Positions 63,051 through 64,000 of a stretch of 64,000 nt of DNA are shown here, one piece after another. A program made the position numbers and the translations under genes. Positions within the stretch are counted from its first letter, which is position 1, and every line of letters begins with the position of its first letter. The notes beneath the pieces are model-generated. The model saw only the letters and a program-made list of their open reading frames with translations, did not search any database and was not told the DNA's origin. This stretch comes from Planctomycetota bacterium (GTDB taxonomy: Bacteria > Planctomycetota > PLA2 > JAEUHO01), in NCBI GenBank assembly GCA_965222115.1, contig CBDCTJ010000007.1:1376001-1440000 (forward strand), given 5' to 3'.

Positions 63051-64000
63051 GTGGCTGAAGCCTCCACCCCCAAGCCGAACACGATCTTCATTGATGGGAC
63101 GGAATATCCCTTCAAACCCGGTCAGACCGTTATCCAGGTGGCCCATGAGAATGGCTACGACGTTCCACACTACTGCTACCACCCGGGATTGAGCATTGCG
63201 GGCAACTGCCGCATTTGCATGGTGGAAGTTGAGGGCCAGGACCGCCCGCAGATCTCATGCAAGATGGGTTGTTGGCCCGGTTTGCGCGTGCGCACCGATA
63301 GCGACCTCGCCAAGGACGCGCGACGCGGCGTGATGGAAATGTTGCTCGTCAACCACCCGCTCGATTGCCCCATTTGCGATCAGGCGGGCGAGTGTCACCT
63401 GCAGGATTACAGCTACGAACACGGCGAGGGCGAGAGCCGCGCATCCACGCCCAAAACGCACCTGCCAAAGAACGTGCCGTTTGGCGAAGGCATCGTTTAC
63501 GACGCCGAGCGCTGCATCAAGTGCACACTATGCGTTCGATTCTGCGAAGAGATTACCGATACGCATGAGTTGGCCATGGCCAACCGCTCCGATCACGAGA
63601 TGGTCGTAATGACCTCGGAGGGTGAGTTCAAATCGGGTTATTCCATGAACATTGTGGACATCTGCCCGGTGGGAGCGTTGACATCGCGCGACTTCAGGTT
63701 CAAGAGCCGCTTGTGGTTTATGGAATTCGTACCCACGGTGTGTACGAGTTGCGCGCGTGGCTGCAGTGTCACCGTGGGCGTTCGTGGTGGAGATATCCTG
63801 CGCAACGAGCCGCGTGAAAATCAGGACATCAACAAGTGGTGGATGTGCGACGCCGGTCGTCTCGACTACCGCCACGCCAATAGCGAGACGCGTCTTTCAT
63901 CTGCCGCGATTCGCAACAAGGATGGTTCGTGGCGTGCGGCCGGCTATGAAGAGGCTATTGTCGAAGCTGCGAAGGTGCTTCGCGACGCTGGCAAGGGCGG
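63051..64000 (+). CDS. nuoG: NADH-quinone oxidoreductase subunit G (N-terminal part, truncated by window)
   Basis: Hand translation from GTG 63051: PHYCYHPGLSIAGNCRICMVE, NHPLDCPICDQAGECHLQ, RCIKCTLCVRFC, DICPVGAL. Confidence 0.95.
   Translation, partial: MAEASTPKPNTIFIDGTEYPFKPGQTVIQVAHENGYDVPHYCYHPGLSIAGNCRICMVEVEGQDRPQISCKMGCWPGLRVRTDSDLAKDARRGVMEMLLVNHPLDCPICDQAGECHLQDYSYEHGEGESRASTPKTHLPKNVPFGEGIVYDAERCIKCTLCVRFCEEITDTHELAMANRSDHEMVVMTSEGEFKSGYSMNIVDICPVGALTSRDFRFKSRLWFMEFVPTVCTSCARGCSVTVGVRGGDILRNEPRENQDINKWWMCDAGRLDYRHANSETRLSSAAIRNKDGSWRAAGYEEAIVEAAKVLRDAGKG

Noticed and set aside
1-64000. tRNA/rRNA genes, integrase, prophage genes
   Set aside because: None recognised by eye; tRNAscan-SE/Infernal would be needed to exclude small RNAs

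Overview
GC-rich bacterial chromosomal window, most consistent with Planctomycetota (inferred from the groEL-groES-groEL-dnaJ-grpE-FmdB-yacG cluster, a CRTAC1/ASPIC-UnbV lipoprotein, carboxypeptidase-regulatory-like proteins and hairpin REP-type repeats). The housekeeping backbone comprises a GMC oxidoreductase pair, a GGDEF cyclase, cutA, asnB, the chaperone cluster, queE, der, dppA/B/C, lon, a two-component pair and nuoA-G (nuoG cut by the window edge). Two compositionally distinct accessory regions interrupt it: ~5.7-13.3 kb and ~35.3-40.2 kb. Main observations: (1) a secreted thioredoxin-fold gene with a single in-frame TGA in a U-V-G-G-A-C context, followed 24 nt later by a SECIS-like hairpin loop; an intact adjacent paralogue indicates both halves are one protein, making it a candidate new selenoprotein; (2) a naturally circularly permuted DppA; (3) a MauE/DoxX + tandem 6-Cys secreted protein + anchored beta-sandwich cassette beside a REP-flanked Y1 transposase; (4) an island with mirror-image flanks and an inverted, broken copy of its own hydrolase gene start. 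All calls rest on motif recognition and hand alignment; no database searches were run.
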